A stretch of DNA of 63,122 nt, filler included, from Bigelowiella natans CCMP2755 (Eukaryota; Protista; Cercozoa): assembly GCA_000320545.1 (NCBI GenBank). It is 8 parts of 8 records of this genome, joined end to end, with 100 filler letters (N's around TTAATTAATTAA, not from the genome) between each part and the next. Parts side by side here need not be neighbours in the genome. Positions count along the whole stretch, not along the records: positions 58,115 to 63,122 come from ADNK01002613.1; 7 more parts are not named here. The stretch is one strand, 5' to 3'. The notes beneath the pieces were generated by a model, which saw nothing but the letters and a program-made list of their open reading frames with translations, had not been told where the DNA came from and searched no databases. This document shows, one piece after another, positions 62,870 to 63,122 of this stretch. A program made the position numbers and the translations under genes. Position 1 is the first letter of the stretch, and each line of letters starts with the position of its first letter.

Positions 62870-62977
62870 GTTGCATAGTCCACCGGCTGCATGCCGATTA
62901 TCGAGGGCTGGGAAAATCTCCCAAAGGAGCATGGCGGCACCATGGAGGATGACGTACTACACATATCTTCTTCTCCC

Positions 62978-63011
<34 letters not shown>

Positions 63012-63100
63012 CTGAGCAGTACAAAATGCCATACGGAGGATATCCTTCAACACGAGATGATAATACGAATGAACAGAACCAAGATGGACGACAAATCTGT
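61147..63100 (-). CDS. Probable multi-exon gene of unknown function
   Basis: Short unique blocks with AG acceptors separated by microsatellite introns. No consistent frame or family established. Confidence 0.25.
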
Positions 63101-63122
63101 TCTCATCTTCGTCCCCCCCCCC

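Larger units (their letters stand above)
1..63122. repeat. Dense microsatellites, mostly intronic: (TA)n, (CA)n, (GA)n, (CG)n, (CAT)n, (CTA)n, (CCT)n, poly-C/G
   Basis: Dozens of tracts, e.g. (TA)n about 5251-5329, (GA)n about 1355-1399, (CAT)n about 1110-1210, (GAT)n about 37718-37950. Confidence 0.98.

Overview
Intron-rich, microsatellite-saturated eukaryotic DNA. It is not one continuous locus: seven identical 100-nt artificial spacers (44 N + TTAATTAATTAA + 44 N) join eight contigs. Signal-peptide plus transit-peptide-like leaders and the intron style suggest a protist alga with a complex plastid, possibly a chlorarachniophyte (inference only). Hand-spliced genes: NCBP3-like, helicase-associated (HA) repeat protein, formin (FH3-FH1-FH2, truncated), RhoGEF DH-PH-BAR, sigma-like GST, PTC7-type PP2C, a putative plastid-targeted protein, a Tudor-like plus SNF2 ATPase, an ankyrin protein, a divergent ubiquitin-like protein, a HAD hydrolase, a BSD/SYAP1-like protein, SAS6-like, an ABCG transporter and a POT/PTR transporter. 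There is also a divergent intronless pair: a WWE plus R-S-E ADP-ribosyltransferase and a secreted GH18 chitinase. The most striking unexplained signal is a strand-symmetric loss of TpA. In two 0.8-0.9 kb tracts (41.2-42.1 kb and 59.4-60.3 kb) every TAY/RTA is gone and only YTAR survives, CpG is retained, and the ORFs there lack Tyr but carry His/Cys. A partial version occurs between convergent genes. This looks like a RIP-like A-to-G hypermutation process acting on adenines. Exon boundaries were derived by eye and are approximate.
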